The notes below the pieces were generated by a model. That model had not been told where the DNA came from and made no database searches. It saw nothing but the letters and a program-made list of their open reading frames with translations. A stretch of 64,000 nt of DNA from Antedon mediterranea (lineage: Eukaryota > Animalia > Echinodermata). The translations under genes and the position numbers were made by a program. Below are positions 49,397 through 63,863 of this stretch, one piece after another (the first letter of the stretch is position 1; each line of letters begins with the position of its first letter). The stretch covers positions 14,057,432-14,121,431 of the forward strand of contig NC_092679.1 of assembly GCF_964355755.1 (NCBI RefSeq), given 5' to 3'.

Positions 49397-52300
49397 ATTG
49401 TTCAGCGTCGTGAGCGGACGTGTTAAATCTGCCGCTCCTGGATAATGTTAAGTCATACGATTTTACCTATGGCTACCACTATTATTTGCCTAGCACTGAT
49501 ATGTTTATGCGTTGTGGATGATTATGCGGTTCGAGCCCAATACTTATCATCATATGTTGTCCATCCTAACTCATCTAGTCGCAGCAGAGATTGTTGGTAT
49601 GAATCACCACTACAATTTCGATCTAGGCCAAGATTGTTACGGCGTACCAAGCATGGCCCGGATTACTCTGCACCGTATAGGAGGTATGATAATTCCACTT
49701 CTTCATTTCAAACATCTTACGGGAAATTCTACTTTAACAATCTATACTTATGTGGAGATATTGAAGAAAACCCTGGACCACAAAATGAGCAACATGTTGG
49801 AGACGAAGGTATGCGACCCGATGGTTACGTAACCAACTATGCACTTCAAGGTGGCGTTAATTGTTTAAATATCAACGCTCACAGCATTGTAAACAAGTCA
49901 TTGTGTTTACAATCAGTGCTTGTAACCGAAACAATTGACATCGTTTTCATGACTGAATCATGGCTAGATGGTCATATAAATTCCACTGAAATATTCCCCA
50001 AAGAATATGCTGTTTTTAGAAAGGATCGCAATCGTCATGGAGGTGGTGTTGTTGTTGCGGTACATGAGGATTTGCGTGCGACACCATGTCTTAATTATTC
50101 CTGTCCTGGAATCGAGCTAATATGGTGTACAATTGAAAGCAAACACGGGAACATTTTAGCAGGGACACTGTACAGACCTCCGGGTAGCAGAGTGGATTTC
50201 TTCGAAAAACTCCAGGAATGTGTCGATCAAGTGTTAGTGGACGCCCATTTGTACAGTTTAATAATTATTGCAGGTGACCTTAGCATTAACTTTAAATCTA
50301 CTGGTACAATTTCAACGGAACAACGAAATATGCAAAACACAGTAGACGTCTTAAATCTAAGGCAATGTGTTAATTTTTACACGCATTACAATAAGAATTC
50401 GGCTAATACAATTATCGATCATGTTTACTCTAGTAGTACTGACATGGTAGCTGAAATTCAACCTCACCCAGGTGTCGACAGTGATCATGAAGGAGTTTCC
50501 TTCAAACTTCGTATCTCAAAGGAGAACATTTCAAGACCAGCGGGTACTTTTTATGATTATTCTAAAATTTGTCCCCAACGTTTTATTGACAAATTCGCAA
50601 ATATTAACTGGAACTGTGATTCCACTGACGTGAATGAGTTATGGTTAAACTTTAAATGTAAATTTATTGCAGCTATTAATGATGTTGTACCCCTAAGGTC
50701 GGCCAAAAGGCGCCCTAAAAAACCTTGGATCTCAAGGGAGATTCTTAGTTTAATTAGAAAAAAGAATAGATTTTATAAAGCAGCTATTAGGTCTGTAAAT
50801 AAGGACAAGTGGGATAGATACAAACGTAGTCGTAATGACTTGAAATCTAAAATTAAAAAATCATATAAAAGTTATCTAAAGAACCTTTCCTTAAAAAACG
50901 ACCATTGTAAACAGTTCTGGTCCTTCGTTAGAAGCTCCAGAGCTAAACCCGGCACTGATACCTTTGTCATTGAGGGTAATCGTGTCAACAACCCAAAGAT
51001 CATAGCTGAGGCCTTCAATAAAAGATTCTCAGCTAATTTTTCTCATGACTACCCTGACCACCTTTTAAATAATTCTTGTATTTTGCATGCTGGCTGCCCC
51101 AAATTCACTGATATCCAAATCACTAGTGCTGAGATATTATCTGTTATTAACAAACTGAAAACAGGTAAATCTCCTGGACCTGATGGAATAACCACAACTA
51201 TGATTAAAGTTGCTGCTATTTACATAACTGAACCATTATGTAAAATATTTAATCTATCTCTCAGCTCTGGTGTGTTTCCCATTGAAATGAAGGCAGCCAA
51301 CATCATTCCAATCCATAAGTACAGTCAGGTGACTATAGTGATGTTTCTAATTATAGACCGATTTCCTTATGTTCTACAATTGGTAAATTGCTTGAGAGAG
51401 TTGTTGGTCAAAAGTTACTATCTTTTCTTGAAGAAAATACACTTCTCTCCGAGAAACAACATGGCTTCTTGAGGGGTAGGTCTTGTACCACCTTTACTTA
51501 CAGATGTTACAACTGATTGGTCTAAAATACTTAATGAGCGTTCTCCGCCCCATATCGATGCGATTTTTCTCGATTGGCGGAAAGCTTTTGATAAAATTAG
51601 CCATAAGATTCTGTTAAGTATATTACATAATTTTGGTATCTGTGATTCAATGCTGGACTGGTTTAAATCCTACCTATCCTGTAGATCTCAAAGAGTTACA
51701 TTTAGGGGCTCCACTTCCGAGAATATATTGGTAAAATCCGGGGTTCCTCAGGGATCAGTGATTGGGCCAATCCTCTTTAATCTCTTTGTATCCGATCTCC
51801 CCTCCTGCATTGAATCACAGATACAACAATATGCTGATGATACTCTCATATACAGAGCCATCAGAAACAAAAACAAAGATAAAGATAACCATAATGATAA
51901 TGATGAAATGATCTTGCAGTCGGATCTTCGTGCTATTAACAACTGGTGTGTGACGAACAAAATGCTACTAAATACTGACAAATGTTTTGTAATGCACATA
52001 ACTAGATCTAACAGTCTAACAAGCATGTGATTATTTTATTGGAGATGATAGATTGCCCGTTACGAATTCCATTAAATATCTTGGAATTCACCTGAATCGC
52101 AAACTCACTTGGGCTGATCATGTCCAATATGTTAAATCCAAATCTAATCGCATGTTTGGTTTTGTGAGACGTATTGTCAAATGTCGTGATAAAGCTATTA
52201 TATTGCGACTATATATATCGTTAGTTAGACCATATATTGATTACGGTTTACCTGCCTGGATCCCCTTTCTTAAAAAAGACATCGCTGCTCTTGAAGCTGT

Positions 52301-52939
52301 CCAAAGGAGGGTCACCCGCACATGCTTCCCAAGATCAGCCAGTCTCTCTTACCCTGAACGTTTGAAACGCCTTAATCTGATGTCCATTAACAATCGCATT
52401 AGGTATTTATGTATTAATTTTGTTACCAAATGTATGTACAAATTATATGATGTTAATGTTTTTAAATATTTATCTATTAATTGCAGACATGTTAATAACC
52501 TTAAGTTGCGCAATAATTTTATAGCCCGGACTGATTTATTTCATAACTCTGTCTTTAATTTTTTTGTTAGACATTTTAGAGATCTGCCTGCGGATCTCTG
52601 CGACCAACTTTTAATTAATATAAACTGTTTTAAGCATATTTTAACAATCTGTTTTAATCTGAACATATGTATATTTTAAAGATATTTTCTTAATTCTATC
52701 TTTTTAAATTAACAATTTTTTATAAAAACACATTGCTGAATTTTATAGTTTTATCTAAATTTTAATAGAATCCATGTATTATTCATTTTATGTAAGTATT
52801 TCGATGTGGAGAGCCTCTCGACGGTTATTTTTATTTGTAACTTTTAGGTTATCCGGCCTCATTGACTTACTTTTGTATTGTTTTTTTGTACTGTTCTGTA
52901 TATTGGCGAAATAAATGATATGATATGATATGATATGAT
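49397..52939 (+). mobile_element. Near full-length single-ORF CR1/L2-group LINE (leader-2A-APE endonuclease-RT), frameshifted
   Basis: TSD AACTAC (49391-49396, 52940-52945; empty site CCAACTACTAG in paralogous spacers) and (ATGAT)n tail. Motifs NINAHSI, MTESWL, RKDRNRHGGGV, YRPP, AGD, SDH, KSPGPDGI, GVPQGSVIGP, YADDT. Disruptions at ~51320, ~51490 and ~52025. Confidence 0.95.
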
Positions 52940-53432
52940 AACTACTAGAGAGGTCATAATGCAGCGAGTTGAATTATCTATATACAAAAAAGTTACTCAA
53001 CAAACACAAGAGATTGACCATTGAGAATGTAGTTTATCTTGTGTATAACCTTTTATTTTCAAATAATTTCATATTAATTCAGACGTTTAAAAAGTATGCA
53101 ATTATGTGTCTTGAAAATTTATTTTGATCACGTGGTGCCCATGCAGGTTTCCTTTCATTCGTATCATCAAACGGTCGCTTTCATGCACTGTCATCATGCG
53201 AAGTTAGACTATGGTTAATTAGGAATAATTGAGATACACTCTCATATGGATACATTTAGTTTATTCTGTGACAGTACTCAGTTCGCTGCCATGATCATTA
53301 GAACGAAACATGGCTCTGGGTTTTACCACGTTCTCGTAGTACATACATCTTGAGAGTACAGTAACTTTAAATAAATTAAATTTAAATCATTAAAACAGTC
53401 TCTGATACTATGACAACTGTTGTATGGTTTGT

Positions 53433-54459
53433 CTATTGCCTAGGTCCTTTGTAATTTCGACGTAAACTGCTGCTCTGATTTTGAGGTCGTGTCAGGTCTG
53501 GTGGTCTTGGTTCTACTTTTGAGGGTTTTGAAATTTTTCCTGTGGCATTTATTGATGGTAATGTCAAATGGGTATCTTCGTCACTGGGAAGACAAGTTTC
53601 AATCAGCCGTGGTGGGCTCAGTTGTGGCCTGTTCGTTAGTCGCCCATTTGGTGGTTGCTTCCTCGCAGCTTTCTTTTCTGTTGCTGTCTGACGACCAATG
53701 CTATTCGAGGATCGTCTTCCAATAGCAGCATTATCAAGCGATGGCCTACTTCCTGATTGGATGGTTGGAAATAAGTTAGTAGTACGTCCGACGCTTCCAT
53801 CTGAAAGTTTTTGTCTTGTGTCAGAAGTGTAGTGGTTGCCCATCTTTTGACAGCTTGCAGTCGTTGAGCTAGAGTTGCCTCTATGGAGTCTTTTAAATAG
53901 AGGACTAGATTTACCAGCAAGATCAACCATATCCAGAAGACTTCTTTCGTGCTGCTTCTTTCTTTGAGGCTTTCTTGTGTCCTTGATTGAGTCTGCAAAG
54001 TGAAATATAAGTTGCACTTTTAATTAGGTCTTCTTTAATTTCAATCCATTTAAACTAAAGCATGGTAGGCCTAGACATGTGTTTTACCTTCGTGGCGGGA
54101 GAATCCTATTTTAGATGACATCAAGTCAGACCCAGAAGCGATATCTGAAGGATGCACATCAAAGATCTGAAAATCCATGTTTGATCTATATCTACGATCG
54201 TCAGATAATCTATATAAGACATAGATTTATAAAACAATGATATGATAAATTATTTCTGTAAAAATAACTAATACGGTTATGTATGTAGGCCTATATTATA
54301 CTGGCATGTGGTGTACCTAGCTATAAGTATAAAACATTGATACAAAACATCGTTTAAAAAATCTTTCAAAACACATTCTATTTTCTATCTTTAAATGCGA
54401 TTGAAAATTCATTCAGAATATAATTTAGTAACTTACCGTTTGTTTTTTCGTGAATCCAT
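53433..54459 (-). CDS. Uncharacterised 234-aa protein, copy 4 (type B; shortened intron 2)
   Basis: Exons 54459-54437, 54209-54088, 53992-53433; intact. Confidence 0.8.
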
Positions 54460-56056
54460 TACGAATTTTGCTGAAATAATTTCGGAGAAACTGTAAGACA
54501 ATGCAAGTTTGTTTGCTTTAGGAGTTTGTATGCTGTGGTTACTATACTAACGCGATACGTATACAATGGCAACAATCGCGCACTGCGCGCGTTACCATGG
54601 CTATATATTGGAGCATGCGCATTAATGCACTGTAAACTGCTGTGTGGCAGCAAAAAACGACATGAAATTACCGTACAAAAAAAATTTGATTATTTCAAAT
54701 TTACTTATAATAGTCTACAGGCGTGGTCAGCTTTACCTTTACAGTAACAAACACCGAAGCAGAAGAAAACAACAAAAATGAGTAGCATTATTTTCATTTT
54801 ATAATTATTCTTTTATTTTAATAATAGATCAGGCACACAGCAGGCTACTTAGTCTACAGTAGTGTGTATTTATACCCTTTTACCATAATTATGAAAGCAT
54901 ACAAATCTAAATTTCAATCATTTTAATGATCTCTTTGATTGACAAATTTTGTAAATTATTATCTGAGGATGGTGTAAATGCATCTACTGCAGTTTAGCAT
55001 AGAAGGCTCCTGGCATTTAACTGCTGCCCAATGACTGTTCTGGGGGGCGGAAACAACTACTGGAAAGGTTATAATGCAGTGAGTAAATTTCCTGTACAAA
55101 CACAAGAGGTTCATCTTTACAGCACCGCAGTAGATTCATTTCACATGTTATATAAATTGAATACAGTATCCCGAAACTCAACAGGCCAATACATCAATAA
55201 CTCACAGAGCCATTTAACAATTTCACAGCAAAATCAACAGAACTTCACACATATGATTTTGAGTGAATTGAATAATCAATGAAATAATTTTTACTTTAGT
55301 AAATGGTTATATTTACAACAAAGGAATTGTTTATTGCATTTCAATGGAATACCTAAGAATGAAATGAGGTACTGGTATATGTCATTAGAAAACTAGCTTA
55401 TTACGGAAATATGTAAATTAGTGTTTTTAGAACAACAAAAGAAAACGTTGAATTGAAAAGTAAAAGTTGACATAATGTATTATAACATTTTGTGAGCTTA
55501 AAAATGGAAATACCTTTACCAAAAACATTTAGTTAAACGTCAAAGTAAAACATTTTAAGAGTGAATGAACAAATTCTGATATGAAATTGTACATAAAGTG
55601 GTGGATTTAACATAGAAGAAATAAATGCCAATTCCTGTTGTTTACTTTAATCTACAATCAACAAATAATGAAAATATAATCTATGGATCAATAATATATT
55701 TGAATAAATGATTTATTTAATATGGTGCACATTAGACATTATAACACATTTTGCTTCATGTAAACTATAAATAGATTTTATGTTTCAAACAACAGCTGCA
55801 ATCCTATAGAATGTAATGAATATTTACCAATGCTTTACATATCAGTGTTGTGATAGCTTCTGCAACTACCCCAATGTTTTTATAGTTATGAAAGCCTTCA
55901 CAACAGCTATTTATTTGTAAGAATGGAGTAAAGTTTATTATGCTTGTTGATGTTCCAAAGTTTACAAAGTAAAAGTGTATAATTATGTCTAATTTGCACC
56001 ATTCCTTACAATAGATGATTGAGTGGTTATAACTTGGATTGCTGAGGTCCAAATTG

Positions 56057-56305
56057 TCAAGCGCTGCTTAGAAACTTAATGGCCATGTCTTTCTCCTCCA
56101 ACAGCTCCTTTGCGGTTATGTCCATTTTTTCCCGGGCAAAGTCACTAATGCTCTGGCCGTCGACAACACTCCAGCTTGTGTCAGCATACTACACACAATG
56201 TTTTTTGCAATCCCTCATGTGATCACCAATAGCCTTTGCTGCTGACATGGCACTGGACAGCTTACGGGCCTTCATCACTGCACTGCCACGTGTTTGGTAT
56301 ACCGT
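56057..56305 (-). pseudogene. MDH1: Deleted/fused remnant of the same two MDH1 exons
   Basis: Same sequence with a 16-bp deletion and a ~0.7-kb deletion joining the interior of the last exon to the interior of the previous exon at ~56208. Confidence 0.9.
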
Positions 56306-58256
56306 CTAGAGAAAAAAAATAGAAAGTTAACAAAAAAATGATTGTATGTCTCATTACCCTATCCGGCGGAAAATTTTAATGTTTTATACTTTTACATTGT
56401 TTATCTAAATAGGCATTGGTGTATTTAAAAAACAGCAGAATTTGTCCTGATATTCTTCAAATTTTCAATAGCTCTTCTACTAAAAAAATGCATTAATATT
56501 AAAAAGTATATTTTGAGGTGGTCGAAAACGTAAAAAAAGATGAAAATGAGTTAGTGTTTACACCGACCGACCAACCGAAATTGCTGAAAATGTTTAAAAA
56601 AATGTTGAACACATTTAAAAAACATTTATAATTGCCCCCAAGTATTAATATCCACTGTCAAAATAATGAAAAAATATGAATATGAGTTTTTGTTTACACC
56701 GACCGACTGAGATATAGAGTCGCGTTTGCACGCGACTAAAAACTTGATTTGTATGTTATTTCAAATTTACATATAACAGGCTACAGGTGTACTCAGCTTA
56801 ATTACCTTTACAACAAAAACCAAAGCGCAGCAGAAGAAAAAACAACAAGGCCCTACTATGTGGCTGCAGTCGCGTGCTCAAGTTAGTGTTTACCGACCGA
56901 CAAACCGACCGAAATTGCTGAACATGTTGAAAATGTTTAAAAACATTTATATATTTTTAATTTACACGTGTGTAGCCTGTCACATTTGACGTGCTCGTAT
57001 AACGTAATGTTGAGTTGAAAAGTGAATCAAATAATGATGATATTATTAAAGAAAGGTTGTAAAACAGAAATCGGGCACAAACAGAGTGCATATTAACATT
57101 TAACGCGCAGTGCGCGTACACAAATCTGCGCACTCATGGAAATTTTTTAAACGCTTAAAATTGCCAATTTGGAAAATGTTAAGCGCGCATATGCATGTGT
57201 TACATGCGCTACGCACGTAATTGTATTGCCATGATGATTTATGCCTTGAAATTTAGGACTACCAAATTTGATTTAATTGTGATTCATGCTTCTGAAGATA
57301 TGATTACAAACATGATTTCGTTAAATCGTCCGTAGACCGCGTAATTTTTGATTGCGCACCGTGAAAACAAAACCACATCGATTCATGGCCATAAGGAATA
57401 TACTGTGAAAAATTGACTTAGCTAGATGAAACTGATATCAAGACAAAGCCAATACAAGTTAGTGCTTACAGACCGACCGACCGACCGACCAACCAACCAA
57501 CCGACCGATATAGTGAGCTATAAAGTCGCGTTGCACGCGACTAAAAATGTGTAGCATTATTTTCATTGTATAATTAATCGTTTAGTCTAATCTACTTAGT
57601 GTATACAGCAATGTGTATCTATACCCTTTCTACCATACTCATGAAAGAATACAAATCTTTATTTCAGTCTTTTGCAAATTCTTATTGGAGAGGACGATAA
57701 ATGTATCTACTGCAGTTTATTAGAGGCAGAGCTGACTGTTGCGCAAAGACGGCTCTGGGTGGAACAACCGGCCAACTACTAGAGAGGTCATAATGCAGCG
57801 AGTTGTCTATATATACAGAAGTTACTCAACAAACACAAGAGATTGACCATTGAGAATGTAGTTTATCTTGTGTATAACATTTTATTTTCAAATCATTTCA
57901 TATTAATTCAGACGTTTAAAAAGTATGCAATTATGTGTCTTGAAAATTTATTTTGATCACGTGGTGCCCATGCAGGTTTCCTTTCATTCGGATCATCAAA
58001 CGGTCGCTTTCATCCACTATCATCATGCGAAGTTAGACTATGGTTAATTAGGAATTGGGATACACTCTCACATGAATACATTTAGTTTATTCTGTGAAAA
58101 TACTCAGTTCGCTGCCATGATCATTGGAACGAAACTTGGCTCTGGGTTTTACCACGTTCTCGGAGTACATACATCTTGAGAGTTCAGCAACTTAATAAAT
58201 TAAATTTAAATCATTAAAAGAGTCTCTGATACTATGACAACTGTTGTATGGTTTGT

Positions 58257-59337
58257 CTATTGCCTAGGTCCTTTGTAATTTCGACGTAAACTGCTGCTCT
58301 GATTTTGAGGTCGTGTCAGGTCTGGTGGTCTTGGTGCTACTTTTGAGGGTTTTGAAATTTTTCCTGTGGCATTTATTGATGGTAATGTCAAATGGGTATC
58401 TTCGTCACTGGGAAGACAAGTTTCAATCAGCCGTGGTGGGCTCAGTTGTGGCCTGTTCGTTAGTCGCCCATTTGGTGGTTGCTTCCTCGCAGCTTTCTTG
58501 TCTGTTGCTGTCTGACGACCAATGCTATTCGAGGATCGTCTTCCAATAGCAGCATTATCAAGCGATGGCCTACTTCCTGATTGGATGGTTGGAAATAAGT
58601 TAGTAGTACGTCCGACGCTTCCATCTGAAAGTTTTTGTATTGTGTCAGAAGTGTAGTGGTTGCCCATCTTTTGACAGCTTGCATTCGTTGGGCTAGAGTT
58701 GCCTCTATGGAGTCTTTTAAATAGAGGACTAGATTTACCAGCAAGATCAACCATATCCAGAAGACTTCTTTCGTGATGCTTCTTTCTTTGAGGCTTTCTT
58801 GTGTCCTTGATTGAGTCTGCAAAGTGAAATATAAGTTACACTTTTAATTAGGTCTTCTTTAATGTCAATCCATTTAAACTAAAGCATGGTAGACTTGTTT
58901 GACTCCATCTCCTACCCCATCAGTGGTAGCCTACATGGTTCTTAGTTGGGAGACATGTGTTTTACCTTCGTGGCGGGAGAATCCTATTTTAGATGACATC
59001 AAGTCAGACCCAGAAGCGACATCTGAAGGATGCACATCAAAGATCTGAAAATTCGTGTTTGATCTATATCTACGATCGTCAGATAATCTATATAAGACAT
59101 GGATTTATAAAACAATGATATGATAAATTATTTCTGTATAAATAACTAATACGGTTATGTATGTAGGCCTATATTATACTGGCATGTGGTGTACCTAGCT
59201 ATAAGTATAAAACATTGATACAAAACATCGTTTAAAAAATCTTTCAAAACACATTCTATTTTCTATCTTTAAATGCGATTGAAAATTCATTCAGAATATA
59301 ATTTAGTAACTTACCGTTTGTTTTTTCGAGAATCCAT
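58257..59337 (-). CDS. Uncharacterised 234-aa protein, copy 5 (type B)
   Basis: Exons 59337-59315, 59087-58966, 58816-58257; intact. Confidence 0.8.
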
Positions 59338-60104
59338 TACGAATTTTGCTGAAATAATTTCTTTTCGGAGAAACTGTAAGACAGTGCAAGTTTGTTTGCT
59401 TTAGGAGTTTGTATGCTGTGTGGTTACTATACTAACGCGATACGTATACAATGACAACAATCGCGCACTGCGCGCGTTACCATGGCCAGATGTAGGAGCA
59501 TGCGCATTAATGCACTGTAATCTGCTGTGTGGCAGCAAAAAACGACATGAAATTACCGTATTAAAAAAAAATTGTTGATTATTTCAAATTTAAATATAAT
59601 AGGCTACAGGCGTGGTCAGCTTTACCTTTACAGTAACAAACACCGAAGCAGAAGAAAACAACAAAAATGAGTAGCATTATTTTCATTTTATAATCATTCT
59701 TTTATTTTAATAATAGATCAGGCACACAGCAGGCTACTTAGTGTATACAGTAGTGTGTATCTATACCCTTTTACCATAATCATGAAAGCATACAAACAAA
59801 TCTAAATTTCAGTATTTTTAATGATCTCTTTGATTGACAAATTTTGTAAATTATTATCTGAGGATGGTGTAAATGCATCTACTGCAGTTTAGCGTAGAAG
59901 GCTCCTGGCATTTAACTGCTGAAAAAAGACTTCTCTGGGCAGAGCCAACTACTGGAAAGGTTATAATGCAGTGAGTAAATTGTCTATACTAAAAAGTTAC
60001 TCAACAATCACAAAAGGTTCATCATCTTTTCAGCACTGCAGTAGACTCATTTCACATGTTATATAAATTGAATACAGTATCCAGTAACTCAACAGGCCAA
60101 TACA

Positions 60105-60685
60105 TGCATGAATTTTAAATATAATATCTGATTAATTGTACATAAATCAAATATTTGTAACAGAAATCAAGAAAACATGAAATTCCGCTAATATGGTCAA
60201 ATACAAAATTTGGCAAAATTCTGCCAAAAAAACTAGGAAGGCTTTTTTTCAGTAGTTAGGTAGTTAACATAATGTAATAACATGTCTGGTGATTCCCTAG
60301 AAGGTGAAAAAAGATAGTGGATATACGGTGGATAATTTTTGCTATAGCATGAAAATAAAATTCTGAAGTTGAATAAAAATACCACAAATGTAAAATTTAA
60401 GTTATATTACCTATATTTAGTCATCTGATAACATTTTTTACCACACCGTTTATTTTTCATAGCTTTTTAAAATGCCTCTCTATTTTCAAAATGTGTGTAC
60501 AAAAGAATAGAGATTTTACTGTGTAATTTGAACTATCCTCCCACTGATAAGAAAGTGCTAATTTTCAAAAAGCTCGTGTAACACAAATAAAATCCCAAAA
60601 ATTATGAAACATAGGGGAAACTATAGATCGATAATTATTAGAATGTATGATCAATAGAAATTGTTTGCCCACACCTGGCCTTTAA
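60105..60685. mobile_element. One-ended Kolobok-like insertion at a TTAA site with adjacent deletion
   Basis: Block absent from paralogous spacers (38090-38450, 55190-55555). It ends ...CCTGGCCT|TTAAGAGTG where paralogs read TTTTAAGAGT. About 360 bp of spacer is missing on the left. Confidence 0.55.
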
Positions 60686-61279
60686 GAGTGAATGAACAAA
60701 TTCTGATATGAAATTGTACATAAAGTGGTAGATTTAACATAGAAGAAATAAATGCCAATTCCTGTTGTTTACTTTAATCTACAATCAACAAATAATGAAA
60801 ACATAATCTATGGAATTACAATAATATATTTGAATAAATGATTTATAAGATCTGGTGCACATTAGACATTATTACACATTTGCTTCAAGTAAACTTTAAA
60901 AAGATTTTATGTTTCAAACAACAGCTGCAATCCTATAGAATGTAATGAATATTTACCAATGCTTTACATATCAGTGTTGTGTTTGTATAGTCATGAAAGC
61001 CTTCACAACACCTATTTATTTGTAAGAATGAAGTTTATTATGCTTGTTGATGCGCTAGAAGGCCCCTTATTTTCCTCCAAGCCACTGATATTGTCTATGC
61101 TGAGAAATTTGTTTGTATGCTTTCATTTATACAGCTTTGACGTCCTATCTCGTCCTAATACTACTAATTATTAAATTATTATCTTACATACCAAAGCTCC
61201 CAACTCCCAGCAAACAAAATAAGGAAAACAAATATTTCATCTTTATAAGTTTATTTCATTAATTATATATAGAAAATAC

Positions 61280-61316
61280 CTCTTTGGTTCCAGACCACCA
61301 ATCCCTCGTGTACCGT
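61280..61316 (-). pseudogene. MDH1: 37-bp relic of the penultimate MDH1 exon; last exon deleted entirely
   Basis: CTCTTTGGTTCCAGACCACCAATCCCTC|GTGTACCGT with flanking intron sequence as at 39580-40080. The junction at ~61051 removes the terminal exon. Confidence 0.8.
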
Positions 61317-63037
61317 CTGGAGAAAAAAAATAGAAAGTTAACAATAAATGATTGTATCATTACCTATCCGGCGGAAAATTTTAATGTTTCATACTTTTAC
61401 ATTGTTTATCTAAATAGGCATTGGTGTATTTAAAAAACTGCAGAATTTGTCCTGATATTCTTCAAATTTTCAATAGCTCTTCTACTTAAAAAATGCATTA
61501 ATATTAAAAAGTATATTTTGAGGTGGTCGAAAACGTAACATACATACATGCATATAACAGGCTACAGGTGTACTCAGCTTAATTAATTACAACAAAAATC
61601 AAAGCGTAGCAGAAGAAAAAAACAAGAAGGCCCTACTATGTGGCTGTAGTCGCGTTCTCAAGTTAGTGTTTACCGACCGACCAACCGACCGAAATTGCTG
61701 AACATGTTTAAAAATGTTGAAAATGTTTAGAAACATTTATATTTTTTAAATTTACACGTGCGTAGCCTGTCACTTTTGACGTGCCCGTATAACGTAATTT
61801 TGAATTGAAAAGTGAATCAAATAATGATGATATTATTAAAGAAAGGTTGTAAAACAGAAATCGGGCACAAAAAGAGTGCATATTAACATTAACGCGCAGT
61901 GCGCGTGCACAAATCTGCGCACTCATGGCAATTTTTTTTTAACTCTTAAAATTGCCAATTTAGAACATTTTAAGCGCGCATATGCATGTGTTACATGCGC
62001 TACGCACGTAATTATATTGCCATGATGATTTATGCCCTGAAATTTATGAGTACCAAATTTGATTTAATTGTGATTCATGCTTGTGAAGTTATGATTACAA
62101 ACATGATTTCGTTAAATCGTCCGTAGACCGCGTAATTTTTGATTGCGCACCGTGAAAACATAACAACATCGATCCCTGGCCATAAGAAATATACTGTGAA
62201 AAATTGACTTAGCTAGATGAAACTGATATCAAGACAAGGCCTTATACAAGTTAGTGCTTACCGACCGACCGATATAGTGAGCTGTAGAGTCGCGTTGTTG
62301 CACGCGACTAAAAATGTGTAGCATTATTTTCATTGTATAATTGTTTAGTCTAATCTACTTAGTGTATACATCAATGTGTATCTATACCCTTTCTACCATA
62401 ATCATGAAAGAATACAAATCTTTATTTCAGTCTTTTGCAAATTGTTATTGGAGAGGATGATGAATGTATCTACTGCAGTTTATTAGAGGCAGAGCTGACA
62501 GTTGCGCAAAGACGGCTCTGGGTGGAACAACCGGCCAACTACCAGAGAGAGGTCATAATGCAGCGAGTTGAATTATCTATATACAAAAAAGTTACTCAAC
62601 AAACACATGAGATTGACCATCGAGAATGTAGTTTATCTTGTGTATAACATTTTATTTTCAAATCATTTCATATTAATTCAGACGTTTAAAAAGTATGCAA
62701 TTATGTGTCTTGAAAATTTATTTTGATCACGTGGTTCCCATGCAGGTTTCCTTTCATTCGAATCATCAAACGGTCGCTTTCACCCACTGTCATCATGCGA
62801 AGTTAGACTATGGTTAATTAGGAATTGGGATACACTCTCACATTAATACATTTAGTTTATTCTGTGACAGTACTCAGTTCGCTGCCATGATCATTGGAAC
62901 GAAACATGGCTCTGGGTTTTACCACGTTCTCGGAGTACATACATCTTGAGAGTACAGTAACTTTAAATAAATTAAATTTAAATCATTAAAACAGTCTCTG
63001 ATACTATGAATTCCTATACCACTGTTGTATGGTTTGT

Positions 63038-63863
63038 CTATTGCCTAGGTCCTTTGTAATTTCGACGTAAACTGCTGCTCTGATTTTGAGGTCGTGTCAG
63101 GTCTGGTGGTCTTGGTGCTACTTTTGAGGGTTTTGACATTTTTCCTGTGGCATTTATTGATGGTAATGTCAAATGGGTATCTTCGTCACTGGGAAGACAA
63201 GTTTCAATCAGCCGTGGTGGGCTCAGTTGTGGCCTGTTCGTTAGTCGCCCATTTGGTGGTTGCTTCCTCGCAGCTTTCTTGTCTGTTGCTGTCTGACGAC
63301 CAATGCTATTCGTGGATCGTCTTCCAATAGCAGCATTATCAAGCGATGGCCTACTTCCTGATTGGATGGTTGGAAATAAGTTAGTAGTACATCCGACGCT
63401 TCCATCTGAAAGTTTTTGTCTTGTCTCAGAAGTGTAGTGGTTGCCCATCTTTTGACAGCTTGCAGTCGTTGAGCTAGAGTTGCCTCTATGGAGTCTTTTA
63501 AATAAAGGACTAGATTTACCAGCAAGATCAACCATATCCAGAAGACTTCTTTCGTGCTGCTTCTTTCTTTGAGGCTTTCTTGTGTCCTTGATTGAGTCTG
63601 CAAAGTGAAATATAAGTTACACTTTTAATTAGGTCTTGTTTAATTTCAATCCATTTAAAGCATGGTAGACTGGTTTGACTCCATCTCCTATCCCATCAGT
63701 GGTAGCCTATGTGGTTCTTAATTGGGAGACATGTGTTTTACCTTCATGGTTAGAGAATCCTATTTTCGATGACATCAAGTCAGACCCAGAAGCGACATCT
63801 GAAGAATGCACATCAAAGATCTGAAAATCCATGTTTGATCTATATCTACGATCGTCAGATAAT
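63038..63863 (-). CDS. Uncharacterised protein, copy 6 (type A introns; exon 1 beyond window)
   Basis: Exons 63863-63742 and 63597-63038 intact. The window ends in intron 1. Confidence 0.75.

Noticed and set aside
56057-56305. Intron-less MDH1 piece as a processed retrocopy
   Set aside because: The join is inside both exons rather than at splice sites, and the upstream intron is retained, so it is a genomic deletion.
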